Part shown: one piece after another, positions 1 through 7,935 of the stretch
Layout: the number at the start of each line of letters is the position of its first letter
How positions within the stretch are numbered: position 1 is the stretch's first letter
Notes under the pieces: generated by a model
Databases searched by the model: none
The model's input: the letters and a program-made list of their open reading frames with translations, nothing else
Told to the model about the DNA's origin: nothing
Translations under genes and position numbers: made by a program
Assembly (NCBI GenBank): GCA_019326865.1
Contig: GCA_019326865.1_4101.1
Direction: 5' to 3' (one strand)
Length of the DNA stretch: 64,000 nucleotides
From: a phage

Positions 1-34
1 TTAAAGTATTTTTGCAAAAAGTAATAAAAAGTAC

Positions 35-62
35 TTGCACGATTAAGAGATTAGAGTATAAT
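35..62 (+). promoter_or_regulatory. sigma70-like promoter
   Basis: TTGCAC-16nt-TATAAT upstream of ATG 108. Confidence 0.5.
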
Positions 63-107
63 TAATTACATCAAGACAAGACACCTTAACTAACTGAGGA
101 TATAAAG

Positions 108-260
108 ATGAATACTTATGAACTGGATTGTTTTACTTTACAAGTAATGTCAGTATGCAGTAAAAAAGATTGGTCATCAAAGGAATTTAAAGCAGTTATT
201 GCGTGTGCAAAACACGGCAAGACTATCAATGAAACGGCATCAATCATTGATAAACTTTAA
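108..260 (+). CDS. hypothetical small protein (50 aa)
   Basis: hand-translated MNTYELDCF...IIDKL; SD GAGGA 6 nt upstream; below ORF-track size cutoff. Confidence 0.4.
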   Translation: MNTYELDCFTLQVMSVCSKKDWSSKEFKAVIACAKHGKTINETASIIDKL

Positions 261-268
261 AAAATAGT

Positions 269-297
269 TTGACAATAGTTTTAAGTACTGCGATAAT
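269..297 (+). promoter_or_regulatory. sigma70-like promoter
   Basis: TTGACA-17nt-GATAAT; same cassette recurs at 6834. Confidence 0.55.
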
Positions 298-331
298 ACA
301 TACATCAACTACTGAATAGGAATAAAAAACA

Positions 332-559
332 ATGGCTATCGTAATCACTCGCGTAACTGGTACTACTGGCACTGCTTCAAATGTTGCTGTAATTACTAAT
401 AAGAAAGGTGCAGAATTACATTTTGCAATGGATAAATGGGCCGTTAATGAGTTTGGTCAGTGGGCAAGTGTAGCATACATTGAAACCTATCAAGTGCCAT
501 CGATTAGCTTAACTGATTTAGGTGTAGAACGTATCCTTTGCCTGGATGAATTAAATTAA
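332..559 (+). CDS. hypothetical protein (75 aa)
   Basis: ORF track; SD AGGAAT upstream; promoter 269-297. Confidence 0.6.
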   Translation: MAIVITRVTGTTGTASNVAVITNKKGAELHFAMDKWAVNEFGQWASVAYIETYQVPSISLTDLGVERILCLDELN

Positions 560-567
560 AAAAGTAC

Positions 568-595
568 TTGCAAAGTAAATCGAATAAAGTATAAT
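568..595 (+). promoter_or_regulatory. sigma70-like promoter with 5' leader hairpin
   Basis: TTGCAA-16nt-TATAAT, followed by GGGGAGAA..TTCTCCCC stem-loop 608-628 and SD AAGAGGAAA. Confidence 0.55.
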
Positions 596-645
596 ACATT
601 ACATCAAGGGGAGAAAATGGTTCTCCCCACTAAGAGGAAACTAAT

Positions 646-789
646 ATGAAAACTTGTCAATGTGGTAAAAAATCTATTACTGGTTTGAAACGGGGCGTTG
701 CACTTTGCCAGTACCATTATAATTTACAAGTATGGGGTAAAGAATGGGCCGATCAGGTGGAAGCAATAAAGAAAGCAAAAAGTAAGTAA
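646..789 (+). CDS. hypothetical Cys-rich small protein (47 aa)
   Basis: hand-translated MKTCQCGKK...CQYHY...; SD AAGAGGAAA; below ORF-track cutoff. Confidence 0.45.
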   Translation: MKTCQCGKKSITGLKRGVALCQYHYNLQVWGKEWADQVEAIKKAKSK

Positions 790-869
790 AAAATATTATC
801 ACAGTACTATTGACATAGATTGATAGTACTGGCATAATAGATTTTATTAAAACAACTGAGGAAATTAAA
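790..869. repeat. promoter cassette copy 1 (about 80 bp, near-identical copies at 1081 and 3744)
   Basis: AAAATATTATCACAGTACTATTGACATAGATTGATAGTACTGGCATAATAG...GAGGAAATTAAA; contains TTGACA(810)-17-CATAAT. Confidence 0.8.
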
Positions 870-1082
870 ATGGCTATCATTACTAAAATCAAAGTAAACA
901 AAACACTGGTTAAGCTGGAACAAGTGAAAGAAGGTTATAAAGTATCTTGGTGCGGTATGTATCGGACGTTCGCAGATGTAGACGATGCAATCAATTACTA
1001 CACTGACACGGTTAAAAACTTTGTTCGTGCTGATGTGGTTATGGCAGTGGCAACATATAAAGCATCAAAAGAAAGTAAGTAA
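870..1082 (+). CDS. hypothetical protein (70 aa)
   Basis: ORF track; cassette promoter and SD GAGGAAA. Confidence 0.6.
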   Translation: MAIITKIKVNKTLVKLEQVKEGYKVSWCGMYRTFADVDDAINYYTDTVKNFVRADVVMAVATYKASKESK

Positions 1083-1164
1083 AAATATTATCACAGTACT
1101 ATTGACATAGATTGATAGTACTGGCATAATAGATTTTATCAAGACAACTAAGAGGAAATTAAAA
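1081..1164. repeat. promoter cassette copy 2
   Basis: near-identical to 790-869; TTGACA(1101)-17-CATAAT. Confidence 0.8.
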
Positions 1165-1509
1165 ATGGCTAACATCAATACTATAGCAGCACAAAATATC
1201 AACCTGTCTTCTGTTGAAGTTGTACACATTGCCGCCCGGCGTTGGTTCCAGGCGTCTTATGGTAATACGTATTTCTCTTTAACGGTAGATGTTGAAATCA
1301 ATGGCGAATTTATTGAAGTAGTAAACGTGCCGTTCCAATATGGCTACGGGGATCATTTTGACACTGTAGCAATGGAAGAATTTAGCAAGGTTATTAATAT
1401 GGAAGGTAAAGAGTTTTTACGCGGTTCTTATCTTTCCCGTTTTTGCCGTGATAATAATATCACTGTTTATAGTTCTGTTAGTGATGTTAAACGCAAAAAA
1501 GATCTTTAA
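1165..1509 (+). CDS. hypothetical protein (114 aa), paralog of 7526..7849
   Basis: ORF track; shares GNTY, YGYG and C-terminal DVKRKKD with 7526..7849. Confidence 0.65.
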   Translation: MANINTIAAQNINLSSVEVVHIAARRWFQASYGNTYFSLTVDVEINGEFIEVVNVPFQYGYGDHFDTVAMEEFSKVINMEGKEFLRGSYLSRFCRDNNITVYSSVSDVKRKKDL

Positions 1510-1589
1510 TTAGCTTTACTTTATGCAGATACTTTGATATAGTGTCTGCATAGGGGAAAGAAATTAAATCAACTTAAGAGGATAGTAAA

Positions 1590-1859
1590 ATGAAAAATAT
1601 CAGTACTTTAATCGATGCAGGTACACATGTTCGTCGGTCTATGGTTGCAACCAGTTCTACAAAACAAGTAGCGAGCGGTTATCTTGTATTTGTGCACGAT
1701 GGAAAACTCCTGGAACGTTCAATCAATTTTGATGTTAAAAACAATTGCCGTTTTATTATCTTTCGCCGTGAACAATACAAGATCGACATTCCAGCAAAGC
1801 CCATTAGCGGGGCGTACAACGTGCAATCATTGTTTGAGCGTCAACCATACACCTATTAA
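1590..1859 (+). CDS. hypothetical protein (89 aa)
   Basis: ORF track; SD AAGAGGA upstream; overlapping 1684..1911 frame rejected. Confidence 0.6.
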   Translation: MKNISTLIDAGTHVRRSMVATSSTKQVASGYLVFVHDGKLLERSINFDVKNNCRFIIFRREQYKIDIPAKPISGAYNVQSLFERQPYTY

Positions 1860-1910
1860 TCAAAACATCGTTAGCGGTCGATTTAGGCCGCTTATACTGG
1901 GGATTATATA

Positions 1911-2183
1911 ATGAATACTAATCAAGTACTGAATGAGATTGAAAGCATCATTAAACCGATGAAGCGTACTGATGCAATGTTAACACCGGAAGAATGCCGC
2001 CTATATGAGCGTTATAGCGTCGAACAAGTCCAGGAAATGGCTATGGCTATCCCTGCCGTTCAACAGCCTGAGAATGCGTCACAGGACGTTACAGGGGATT
2101 ATAACATCAATCCAGTACTAGGGAAGATTACACCAATTACCGAAGAAGAAAAAGACTACTTAAGCCAGTACTTAAAAGGTTAA
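1911..2183 (+). CDS. hypothetical protein (90 aa)
   Basis: ORF track; tightly packed after previous gene. Confidence 0.55.
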   Translation: MNTNQVLNEIESIIKPMKRTDAMLTPEECRLYERYSVEQVQEMAMAIPAVQQPENASQDVTGDYNINPVLGKITPITEEEKDYLSQYLKG

Positions 2184-2188
2184 TTAAT

Positions 2189-2398
2189 ATGCTTACTGTA
2201 CAGGATAAGATCGACATCTTAAAGGTTAATATGTATGTGATTGATGCAGATCCTGAAAAAGTATTTGCATACGATGATTCTAATCGTAGTCCTTTTTATT
2301 GTAGTCATGTAGTTGGATATGTGCCGTTATCGTATGTTATCGAAAGAGTGGTTGATTCAGCATACAAACATTTTTTAGAAAATAGTACTTGCAATTAG
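2189..2398 (+). CDS. hypothetical protein (69 aa)
   Basis: ORF track. Confidence 0.5.
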   Translation: MLTVQDKIDILKVNMYVIDADPEKVFAYDDSNRSPFYCSHVVGYVPLSYVIERVVDSAYKHFLENSTCN

Positions 2399-2416
2399 TT
2401 TTTAGTACTGTATAAT
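2389..2416 (+). promoter_or_regulatory. sigma70-like promoter with 5' leader hairpin
   Basis: TTGCAA-16nt-TATAAT; GGGGGG..TTCTCCCC hairpin 2429-2448. Confidence 0.5.
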
Positions 2417-2466
2417 GTTTTACATGAAGGGGGGAAATGATTCTCCCCAATAACAGGAGAAACAAA

Positions 2467-2619
2467 ATGAAACAATACAACGCTCGGTTTGATGTTACTA
2501 TCGGCAACGGCAAAGGTCAATTCTCTTTCAGTGCTCGTAAGAGTTATACAGAAAACTTCTTGCGTAATTGTGCACTGACCGCCGCACAAATTAAACATTA
2601 TTTTCAGGCTAAAAAATGA
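2467..2619 (+). CDS. hypothetical small protein (50 aa)
   Basis: start moved from track ATG 2437 (inside hairpin loop) to ATG after SD AGGAGAAAC. Confidence 0.5.
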   Translation: MKQYNARFDVTIGNGKGQFSFSARKSYTENFLRNCALTAAQIKHYFQAKK

Positions 2620-2705
2620 AATCATTAGCTTATTATAGCTCGGCCCTGGTCGGTGCATTGATCGCGGCATTGTTAGTAGCTTATCTATTCTTTATGGTGA
2701 TTTAA
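2616..2705 (+). CDS. hypothetical hydrophobic peptide (29 aa)
   Basis: hand-translated MKSLAYYSSALVGALIAALLVAYLFFMVI; ATGA-coupled to upstream gene; single TM-like helix. Confidence 0.3.
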   Translation: MKSLAYYSSALVGALIAALLVAYLFFMVI

Positions 2706-2843
2706 ATGAATCCTAACGGTATAATTTACAGTACTCCTAAAACTAAAGCAGATAAAGCGGAAGCACGTAAAGCGAAAGTAAAGGAGTACATCAAGCAAGG
2801 TATGACACGAAAGGCGGCGATTCTAAAAGCTAAAAATAAATGA
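2706..2843 (+). CDS. hypothetical basic small protein (45 aa)
   Basis: hand-translated MNPNGIIYSTPKTKADKAEARKAK...; directly follows previous stop. Confidence 0.35.
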   Translation: MNPNGIIYSTPKTKADKAEARKAKVKEYIKQGMTRKAAILKAKNK

Positions 2844-2975
2844 AAAAAAGTGGTTGACTTCGGTCAGCCATTTTGCTATTATATATTCATTGAGAGATAG
2901 CTCACTAGCCCACAGGGTGCGGGAGTGTATCTATTATATAAGTATTGAGTACTGAAAACTATTTTAAAAGTACAT
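2844..2975. repeat. intergenic element R copy 1 (terminator-like hairpin + promoter + conserved core)
   Basis: hairpin TGGTTGAC-TTCG-GTCAGCCA with flanking A/T runs; TTGACT(2854)-17-TATTAT; core CTAGCCCACAGGGTGCGGGAGTGTATC. Confidence 0.75.
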
Positions 2976-2986
2976 GTATAAAGTAC

Positions 2987-3014
2987 TTGCAAACTATCTC
3001 AATTGGCGTATAAT
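2987..3014 (+). promoter_or_regulatory. sigma70-like promoter with 5' leader hairpin
   Basis: TTGCAA-16nt-TATAAT; AGGGGAAA..TTTCCCCT hairpin 3028-3046. Confidence 0.55.
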
Positions 3015-3065
3015 GTTTTACATCGAGAGGGGAAACGGTTTCCCCTAGTAATAAGGAATAAAATC

Positions 3066-3407
3066 ATGACTATTGCAATTGTACAATCTAACTTTGAAAA
3101 TGAAATCATCGCCCAAGCACTGCGTTTAAATGATGGTCGGGCCGAAATTAATTACGGTTTCAATTCAGGCGGTTGTGAAAAATATCAGTACTTTATAACT
3201 GCTGATGGCGGTGTCCTGGGTATTAATACAGTTATTGTAAACATTCAGAAAATTAATTTCAATGATCCAGACGATAGCCAGTTTTACATTGTAGGCGTAG
3301 ACGTGAACTATGAGGATGACTCACTAACTGATGATTACACTGGCGAGAAGTTAGAAAGTGCATACGGTGAAGATGATTATCAGTCAGTACCGGAAGATTT
3401 TGAATAA
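3066..3407 (+). CDS. hypothetical acidic protein (113 aa)
   Basis: start moved from track 3003 to ATG after SD AAGGAAT; acidic C-terminus. Confidence 0.6.
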   Translation: MTIAIVQSNFENEIIAQALRLNDGRAEINYGFNSGGCEKYQYFITADGGVLGINTVIVNIQKINFNDPDDSQFYIVGVDVNYEDDSLTDDYTGEKLESAYGEDDYQSVPEDFE

Positions 3408-3421
3408 TATTAAAAAATAGT

Positions 3422-3449
3422 TTGACAATAGATTATAGTACTGTATAAT
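3422..3449 (+). promoter_or_regulatory. sigma70-like promoter with double leader hairpin
   Basis: TTGACA-16nt-TATAAT; two stem-loops (GGGAAGTTTTAAAAACTTCCC and GGGAGAATAGTTCTCCCC) before SD. Confidence 0.55.
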
Positions 3450-3531
3450 AGTTTACATCAAGGGCGACGGGAAGTTTTAAAAACTTCCCTATAGGGAGAA
3501 TAGTTCTCCCCACTAACAGAGAGAAAACAAA

Positions 3532-3744
3532 ATGGCTAATATCTGCACTGTACTGAAAAATGCAAAACAAGTTTTATTTTCTGATCACGATCATTTAAAC
3601 AAGGATATTACTGGCGTTCGGAATATCAAAGATGTAAAACGTGTTATGGGTATCTATTGCAATATGAAACGTGTCGGCACGTTCGGTAATAAATTTCTAT
3701 ACCAGGCGGGGGATTACAATTTTACACTGACTATCATTAACTAA
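3532..3744 (+). CDS. hypothetical protein (70 aa)
   Basis: ORF track; SD AGAGAGAAA. Confidence 0.6.
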   Translation: MANICTVLKNAKQVLFSDHDHLNKDITGVRNIKDVKRVMGIYCNMKRVGTFGNKFLYQAGDYNFTLTIIN

Positions 3745-3823
3745 AAATATTATCACAGTACTATTGACATAGATTGATAGTACTGGCATAATAGATTTTA
3801 TTAAAACAACTGAGGAAATTAAA
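3744..3823. repeat. promoter cassette copy 3
   Basis: near-identical to 790-869; TTGACA(3764)-17-CATAAT. Confidence 0.8.
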
Positions 3824-4003
3824 ATGGCTATCATCGCAAAAACTGAAATCATCGGCCTGGATTCTATCATCATGACGTTTGAAGATCAAAAAGGTATGTA
3901 TGTAGTTTCCTATGGTGATTATGTTCGGGAGTATGAAACGGTAGACGAAGCCTTTGAAAGTTACATTCGCCAGGTGAATAAAGCATACGACGATTACCGC
4001 TAA
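3824..4003 (+). CDS. hypothetical protein (59 aa)
   Basis: hand-translated MAIIAKTEIIGLD...DDYR; same cassette and N-terminal MAII as 870..1082. Confidence 0.5.
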   Translation: MAIIAKTEIIGLDSIIMTFEDQKGMYVVSYGDYVREYETVDEAFESYIRQVNKAYDDYR

Positions 4004-4030
4004 AATATATTACCAGTACTATCAAAGCTA

Positions 4031-4058
4031 TTGACAACGTTTGATAGTACTGTATAAT
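4031..4058 (+). promoter_or_regulatory. sigma70-like promoter
   Basis: TTGACA-16nt-TATAAT. Confidence 0.55.
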
Positions 4059-4104
4059 AAGTTTTATCAACTGTAGTTAACTTAACAAAAGAGAGAGAAA
4101 CAAA

Positions 4105-4248
4105 ATGATCGCACTGGATTCATTCATCGATGCAGTTCTGGCAAAAACTGGCGAGGATCTGACCGCAGAACAATACGCGATGATCGAGCAATGCCAGCAA
4201 GACGGTAAATCGGTGAAAGATACTGTTAAGATTATCCGCAAGATGTAA
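4105..4248 (+). CDS. hypothetical small protein (47 aa)
   Basis: hand-translated MIALDSFIDAVLAKTGEDL...; SD AGAGAGAGAAA; followed by hairpin AGCCCA..TGGGCT. Confidence 0.45.
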   Translation: MIALDSFIDAVLAKTGEDLTAEQYAMIEQCQQDGKSVKDTVKIIRKM

Positions 4249-4354
4249 GATTATAAGCCCATTAGTTAACGCTGGTGGGCTTTAATCATTTACCCTATAC
4301 AATGCCAGTACTAAACCGTTTATCTCGTTAGAATGCATTACAGGACGTTTAACA

Positions 4355-4552
4355 ATGATTAGCATGAAATCAGTACAAAAACAAATAGAAACATTATCAA
4401 AAATTAAACGTAAACAGTACTCATTAGAATATAATATCAATGGTAACTATCATCTAATGAAAGAGAATAATTTTATCGTCATTGATGAATCATTGCAAAT
4501 TATTAGTATAGTACTGAAAGCATTAATTAATGATAGAAAAAGGTTAAAATAA
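4355..4552 (+). CDS. hypothetical protein (65 aa)
   Basis: ORF track; no strong promoter seen. Confidence 0.4.
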   Translation: MISMKSVQKQIETLSKIKRKQYSLEYNINGNYHLMKENNFIVIDESLQIISIVLKALINDRKRLK

Positions 4553-4809
4553 TGGCAGTAGGATTCGCGAAAGATGGAGCCGAGCAAGATGAGATTAACG
4601 CAGTTATTCAAGCCGCCGTTAACCACGCTAGAAAGCAAATTAACGCACAAATAGAATCACTGATACATTGCCTCGACTGCGGCGATAAAATCCCTGAGAA
4701 TCGCCGACAGGCTGTTAAGGGATGTAAGTACTGCATAACCTGCCAGGAAGATCATGATAGTACTTTTAAACGAGATCCGCGTAATTGTTGGCATAGATCT
4801 ATGAGATAA
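4552..4809 (+). CDS. TraR/DksA-type C4 zinc-finger protein
   Basis: CLDCGDKIPENRRQAVKGCKYCITCQ = C-x2-C-x17-C-x2-C typical of TraR/DksA fingers. Confidence 0.55.
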   Translation: MAVGFAKDGAEQDEINAVIQAAVNHARKQINAQIESLIHCLDCGDKIPENRRQAVKGCKYCITCQEDHDSTFKRDPRNCWHRSMR

Positions 4810-4816
4810 AAAGTAA

Positions 4817-4844
4817 TTGACAGTACTGAAAGATAGTGTATAAT
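4817..4844 (+). promoter_or_regulatory. sigma70-like promoter
   Basis: TTGACA-16nt-TATAAT. Confidence 0.55.
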
Positions 4845-4873
4845 GTTTTATATCTTAACTGAGGATAGAAATC

Positions 4874-5230
4874 ATGGGAATACAACATATCACGCTGACC
4901 ACTGACAATGGCGAGATCACTGGTTATCAAGTACAGGGCAAAGTAGCACAATTGCAGTACTGGTTTGTTAAACGTGGAATCATTGCACCGGATCTTGATT
5001 ATGACCGTGTAGCGTTTATTGATTCTCTTTATGTTGATCCTGAAAGTCGGGGCAATGGTGAAGGTAACGAATTAATGAATGCCTTTATTGATGCCGCCGA
5101 TGATTCAGATTGTATCATTTTAGAATGCGATACGGGAGAAGATAACGCCTTCAATCTTAAAGAATGGTATGAAGGTTTCGGATTCGAAGTACTGATCGAT
5201 AGTGAATATCCTATCATGATTTTATCATAG
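4874..5230 (+). CDS. small GNAT-family acetyltransferase-like protein
   Basis: VDPESRGNGEGNELM resembles GNAT motif A (R-G-x-G-x-G); NAFNLKEWYEGFGF resembles motif B. Confidence 0.5.
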   Translation: MGIQHITLTTDNGEITGYQVQGKVAQLQYWFVKRGIIAPDLDYDRVAFIDSLYVDPESRGNGEGNELMNAFIDAADDSDCIILECDTGEDNAFNLKEWYEGFGFEVLIDSEYPIMILS

Positions 5231-5244
5231 TACTAAAAAAGTAA

Positions 5245-5272
5245 TTGACAGTACTATCAGATAGTATATAAT
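5245..5272 (+). promoter_or_regulatory. sigma70-like promoter with 5' leader hairpin
   Basis: TTGACA-16nt-TATAAT; AGGGGAA..TTCCCCT hairpin 5283-5302. Confidence 0.55.
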
Positions 5273-5319
5273 GTTTTACATAGAGGGGAAACATCTTCCC
5301 CTACTAAGAGGAAAGAAAA

Positions 5320-5508
5320 ATGGAAAACTTATCAAGTATTTTAGTACAAGATGATTTTGGTAATCCTGGAAGTGCTATCATTGTTCGGGGTAATAAAGCA
5401 ACGTTTGTTATTGCTGGTGGACCTGTACAGCGTAGCATTAAAAACAATGCTGTTACTATTAATAATGTACGCTATCGCTTAGATAAAGAATTGATTCATA
5501 AACTGTAA
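5320..5508 (+). CDS. hypothetical protein (62 aa)
   Basis: ORF track; SD AAGAGGAAAG. Confidence 0.55.
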   Translation: MENLSSILVQDDFGNPGSAIIVRGNKATFVIAGGPVQRSIKNNAVTINNVRYRLDKELIHKL

Positions 5509-5535
5509 TATTAATTTAATAGAGGATAACAATAA

Positions 5536-5859
5536 ATGTACATTCATACTACTATCACAAAGGAAGTCCGTTGCCAGTTCGAAAGTATTCCGGGCGTATG
5601 TTTCATCACTGGTACGTTTTCCCCTGGTGATCGTGATAATCCAGTACTGTTACAGTTACGCCATCCATTATGGGATAAAGCATTTGATCTACCGTTGAAT
5701 GAATTCGCAACTACTGCTGAAAAGTACATTAAAAATATTCGCGAGAATGATCGACTATTCATTAATGCTTTTAGTGATTCCGCGTTAAGCGAGATCCACG
5801 GCGTATTGGTTGCAATCATGGAATCAATGGAGAAAACTAAATTCAAACAAGGTGAATAA
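5536..5859 (+). CDS. hypothetical protein (107 aa)
   Basis: ORF track; SD AGAGGATAA. Confidence 0.6.
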   Translation: MYIHTTITKEVRCQFESIPGVCFITGTFSPGDRDNPVLLQLRHPLWDKAFDLPLNEFATTAEKYIKNIRENDRLFINAFSDSALSEIHGVLVAIMESMEKTKFKQGE

Positions 5860-5865
5860 AAACTA

Positions 5866-5893
5866 TTGACAATGTAATCTAGTACTGTATAAT
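5866..5893 (+). promoter_or_regulatory. sigma70-like promoter with 5' leader hairpin
   Basis: TTGACA-16nt-TATAAT; GGGGAGAAATGATTCTCCC hairpin. Confidence 0.55.
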
Positions 5894-5943
5894 AAGTTAC
5901 ATGAAGGGGAGAAATGATTCTCCCTACTAAGAGGAAAGAAAAA

Positions 5944-6156
5944 ATGCAAGGTCAACTAATCGTTCGTAAATGGTCTGATACTAATGAAAAACCGTGGGAT
6001 GTACAATACATCGGACCGGATGGGGTATCACGTTATCAGCCTGGCGTAACGCATAGTACTGAGCAATATGCCGCCGCTCATCGTGAACGCCTGTTAGAAT
6101 CTATGCAACAGGGTTTAGGTGAAAAATTCATTCAAGATCATTGGCTGAAAGATTAA
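5944..6156 (+). CDS. hypothetical protein (70 aa)
   Basis: start moved from track 5914 (ATG in hairpin loop) to ATG after SD AAGAGGAAAG. Confidence 0.55.
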   Translation: MQGQLIVRKWSDTNEKPWDVQYIGPDGVSRYQPGVTHSTEQYAAAHRERLLESMQQGLGEKFIQDHWLKD

Positions 6157-6164
6157 AAAGTACT

Positions 6165-6191
6165 TGTGTAGTATAGAAAATAAAGTATAAT
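6165..6191 (+). promoter_or_regulatory. sigma70-like promoter with 5' leader hairpin
   Basis: TTGTGT-15nt-TATAAT; GGAAGGGGAATAGTTCCCCTCC hairpin. Confidence 0.45.
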
Positions 6192-6242
6192 GTTTAATAC
6201 AGGAAGGGGAATAGTTCCCCTCCTAACAAAAAGGAAAGTAAC

Positions 6243-6416
6243 ATGATTCATGTAGAATTGTCAGTACTGAGAGATTTGTTTTATCGGATGGGTACTACTG
6301 GCGAATATCCGAAGGGTGATACTGCAAAACTTTTTGTATCTCTCGACTTATGGCAACGCGAACAATTAGTAATGTCGTGGCGTAAAGGTAAAGCAGATCG
6401 CGAGGTGAAAGCATGA
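6243..6416 (+). CDS. hypothetical protein (57 aa)
   Basis: hand-translated MIHVELSVLRDLFYRMG...; SD AAAGGAAAG. Confidence 0.4.
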   Translation: MIHVELSVLRDLFYRMGTTGEYPKGDTAKLFVSLDLWQREQLVMSWRKGKADREVKA

Positions 6417-6562
6417 AAGAATTTTTATTCGAAGTAGTTTTTATTGGTGTAAGTAGTCACCAATTGATTCGCTCAAGTGGTTACAATGTTTGCCAGGCAT
6501 GGAATAACATTAAACAAATGTACCCGAACGCTATCACATATCGCAACCCAAAACAAGTTTAA
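6413..6562 (+). CDS. hypothetical protein (49 aa)
   Basis: hand-translated MKEFLFEVVFIGVSSHQ...; ATGA-coupled to upstream ORF. Confidence 0.35.
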   Translation: MKEFLFEVVFIGVSSHQLIRSSGYNVCQAWNNIKQMYPNAITYRNPKQV

Positions 6563-6570
6563 AAATAATT

Positions 6571-6705
6571 AAAAAAAGGATTGACTTCGGTCAGTCCTTT
6601 TTGCTATTATATATTCATTGAGAGATAGCTCACTAGCCCACAGGGTGCGGGAGTGTATCTATTATATGTTGGTGGGTGTATTATCTAGTACTGAAAACTA
6701 TTTGA
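6571..6705. repeat. intergenic element R copy 2
   Basis: hairpin GGATTGAC-TTCG-GTCAGTCC; TTGACT(6581)-18-TATTAT; conserved core as in copy 1. Confidence 0.75.
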
Positions 6706-6715
6706 TAAAAAGTAC

Positions 6716-6743
6716 TTGCATTGTACTTAGAATCAAGTATAAT
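6716..6743 (+). promoter_or_regulatory. sigma70-like promoter driving an ORF-less structured leader
   Basis: TTGCAT-16nt-TATAAT; followed by about 80 nt with nested inverted repeats and no ORF before the next promoter. Confidence 0.45.
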
Positions 6744-6833
6744 GTTTTACATCAGGACAGGGAACGAAATAAGTAACTTCCCGTTAAGTAGCCCAGGAGT
6801 AAGGCATACGAAAAACTCCCCTGATAAAATAGT

Positions 6834-6862
6834 TTGACAATAGTTTTAAGTACTGATAAAAT
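6834..6862 (+). promoter_or_regulatory. sigma70-like promoter
   Basis: TTGACA-17nt-TAAAAT; cassette homologous to 269-330. Confidence 0.5.
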
Positions 6863-6894
6863 AATCACATCAACTACTGATAAGGAAACATAAA

Positions 6895-7170
6895 ATGCGG
6901 GTTCTTCTGACAGCTAACGAAATCGAGCAAGTACTTACTACTAACCTGGAACAATGGAAACGTGAAGCAGATATCCAGGCGGTTCAATTGTTAAATGAGA
7001 AGTTAACGCCGGATGATTTAAGTAAGATTGTAGATCCTCAATTCTACGAAGATATTCACGACACCGCGTTAAGCGTCGAGGATGTACTAGATAAACACTA
7101 CATTGATACTAATTTACAGGGTTACGGTCGTAAAAATTTTATTACTATTCACGACATTTACAATAATTAA
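6895..7170 (+). CDS. hypothetical protein (91 aa)
   Basis: ORF track; SD AAGGAAAC. Confidence 0.6.
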   Translation: MRVLLTANEIEQVLTTNLEQWKREADIQAVQLLNEKLTPDDLSKIVDPQFYEDIHDTALSVEDVLDKHYIDTNLQGYGRKNFITIHDIYNN

Positions 7171-7173
7171 GTA

Positions 7174-7201
7174 TTGACAAAGTATCTTAGTACTGTATAA
7201 T
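7174..7201 (+). promoter_or_regulatory. sigma70-like promoter with 5' leader hairpin
   Basis: TTGACA-16nt-TATAAT; GAGGGGAATGGTTCCCCTC hairpin; cassette repeated at 7443. Confidence 0.6.
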
Positions 7202-7256
7202 AGTTTACATCAAGTGAGGGGAATGGTTCCCCTCCTAACAAAGAGAGAAATAAAAA

Positions 7257-7439
7257 ATGGCTAAGTGCACTATCTGTAAGAAAGAAATAGTATTAGTTCC
7301 AAGTGCCCGTGAGCGTGCAGCTCGGTTCGGTGGCAAAGCGTCAGACTATACAAAAATGTTTACTACTCATGCAAATTGCCAGGTAGCAAAACGTTCACAA
7401 GAAAGCGTAGAATTAATGCGTAAACTTTCCAAAAAATAA
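7257..7439 (+). CDS. hypothetical Cys-containing protein (60 aa)
   Basis: ORF track; CTIC...H..C possible zinc ligands. Confidence 0.55.
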   Translation: MAKCTICKKEIVLVPSARERAARFGGKASDYTKMFTTHANCQVAKRSQESVELMRKLSKK

Positions 7440-7442
7440 GTA

Positions 7443-7470
7443 TTGACAAAGTATCTTAGTACTGTATAAT
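7443..7470 (+). promoter_or_regulatory. sigma70-like promoter with 5' leader hairpin
   Basis: TTGACA-16nt-TATAAT; near-identical to 7174 cassette. Confidence 0.6.
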
Positions 7471-7525
7471 AGATTACATCAAGTGAGGGGAAACGGTTCC
7501 CCTCCTAACAAAGAGAGAAATAAAA

Positions 7526-7849
7526 ATGACTATGATCCTTGCCCAGAAAGTAGAACTGAAAATTGTAACTTCCTTTGACATTAAAGTTAATCGCTGGACT
7601 GATCGGAACGGTAATACTTACCACTCTTGCTACGTGTCTGCATTGATTGGTGATCGTTGGGAAGACTTGGGACACGAAACCTTTACATACGGTTACGGTA
7701 CGCAAGGCGAATACACTGGTTTGGAGATCATTAAAGAAACCGTTATAGGTTTCAACCCGAAAGAAAAAGTTATTCACCGCATCGAAAAAGAGATTAATAA
7801 AGAAATAACAGTTCGCTACTACGATGTAAAACGTAAGAAAGACATGTAA
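7526..7849 (+). CDS. hypothetical protein (107 aa), paralog of 1165..1509
   Basis: ORF track; shared YGYG and C-terminal DVKRKKD. Confidence 0.65.
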   Translation: MTMILAQKVELKIVTSFDIKVNRWTDRNGNTYHSCYVSALIGDRWEDLGHETFTYGYGTQGEYTGLEIIKETVIGFNPKEKVIHRIEKEINKEITVRYYDVKRKKDM

Positions 7850-7871
7850 TAGAATCCATTTAAAGTACTAT

Positions 7872-7900
7872 TTGACATTACACAGATAGTACTTTATAAT
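7872..7900 (+). promoter_or_regulatory. sigma70-like promoter
   Basis: TTGACA-17nt-TATAAT. Confidence 0.55.
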
Positions 7901-7935
7901 AGACTCTAACTTGTAGTATTAACTTAACTAATAGG

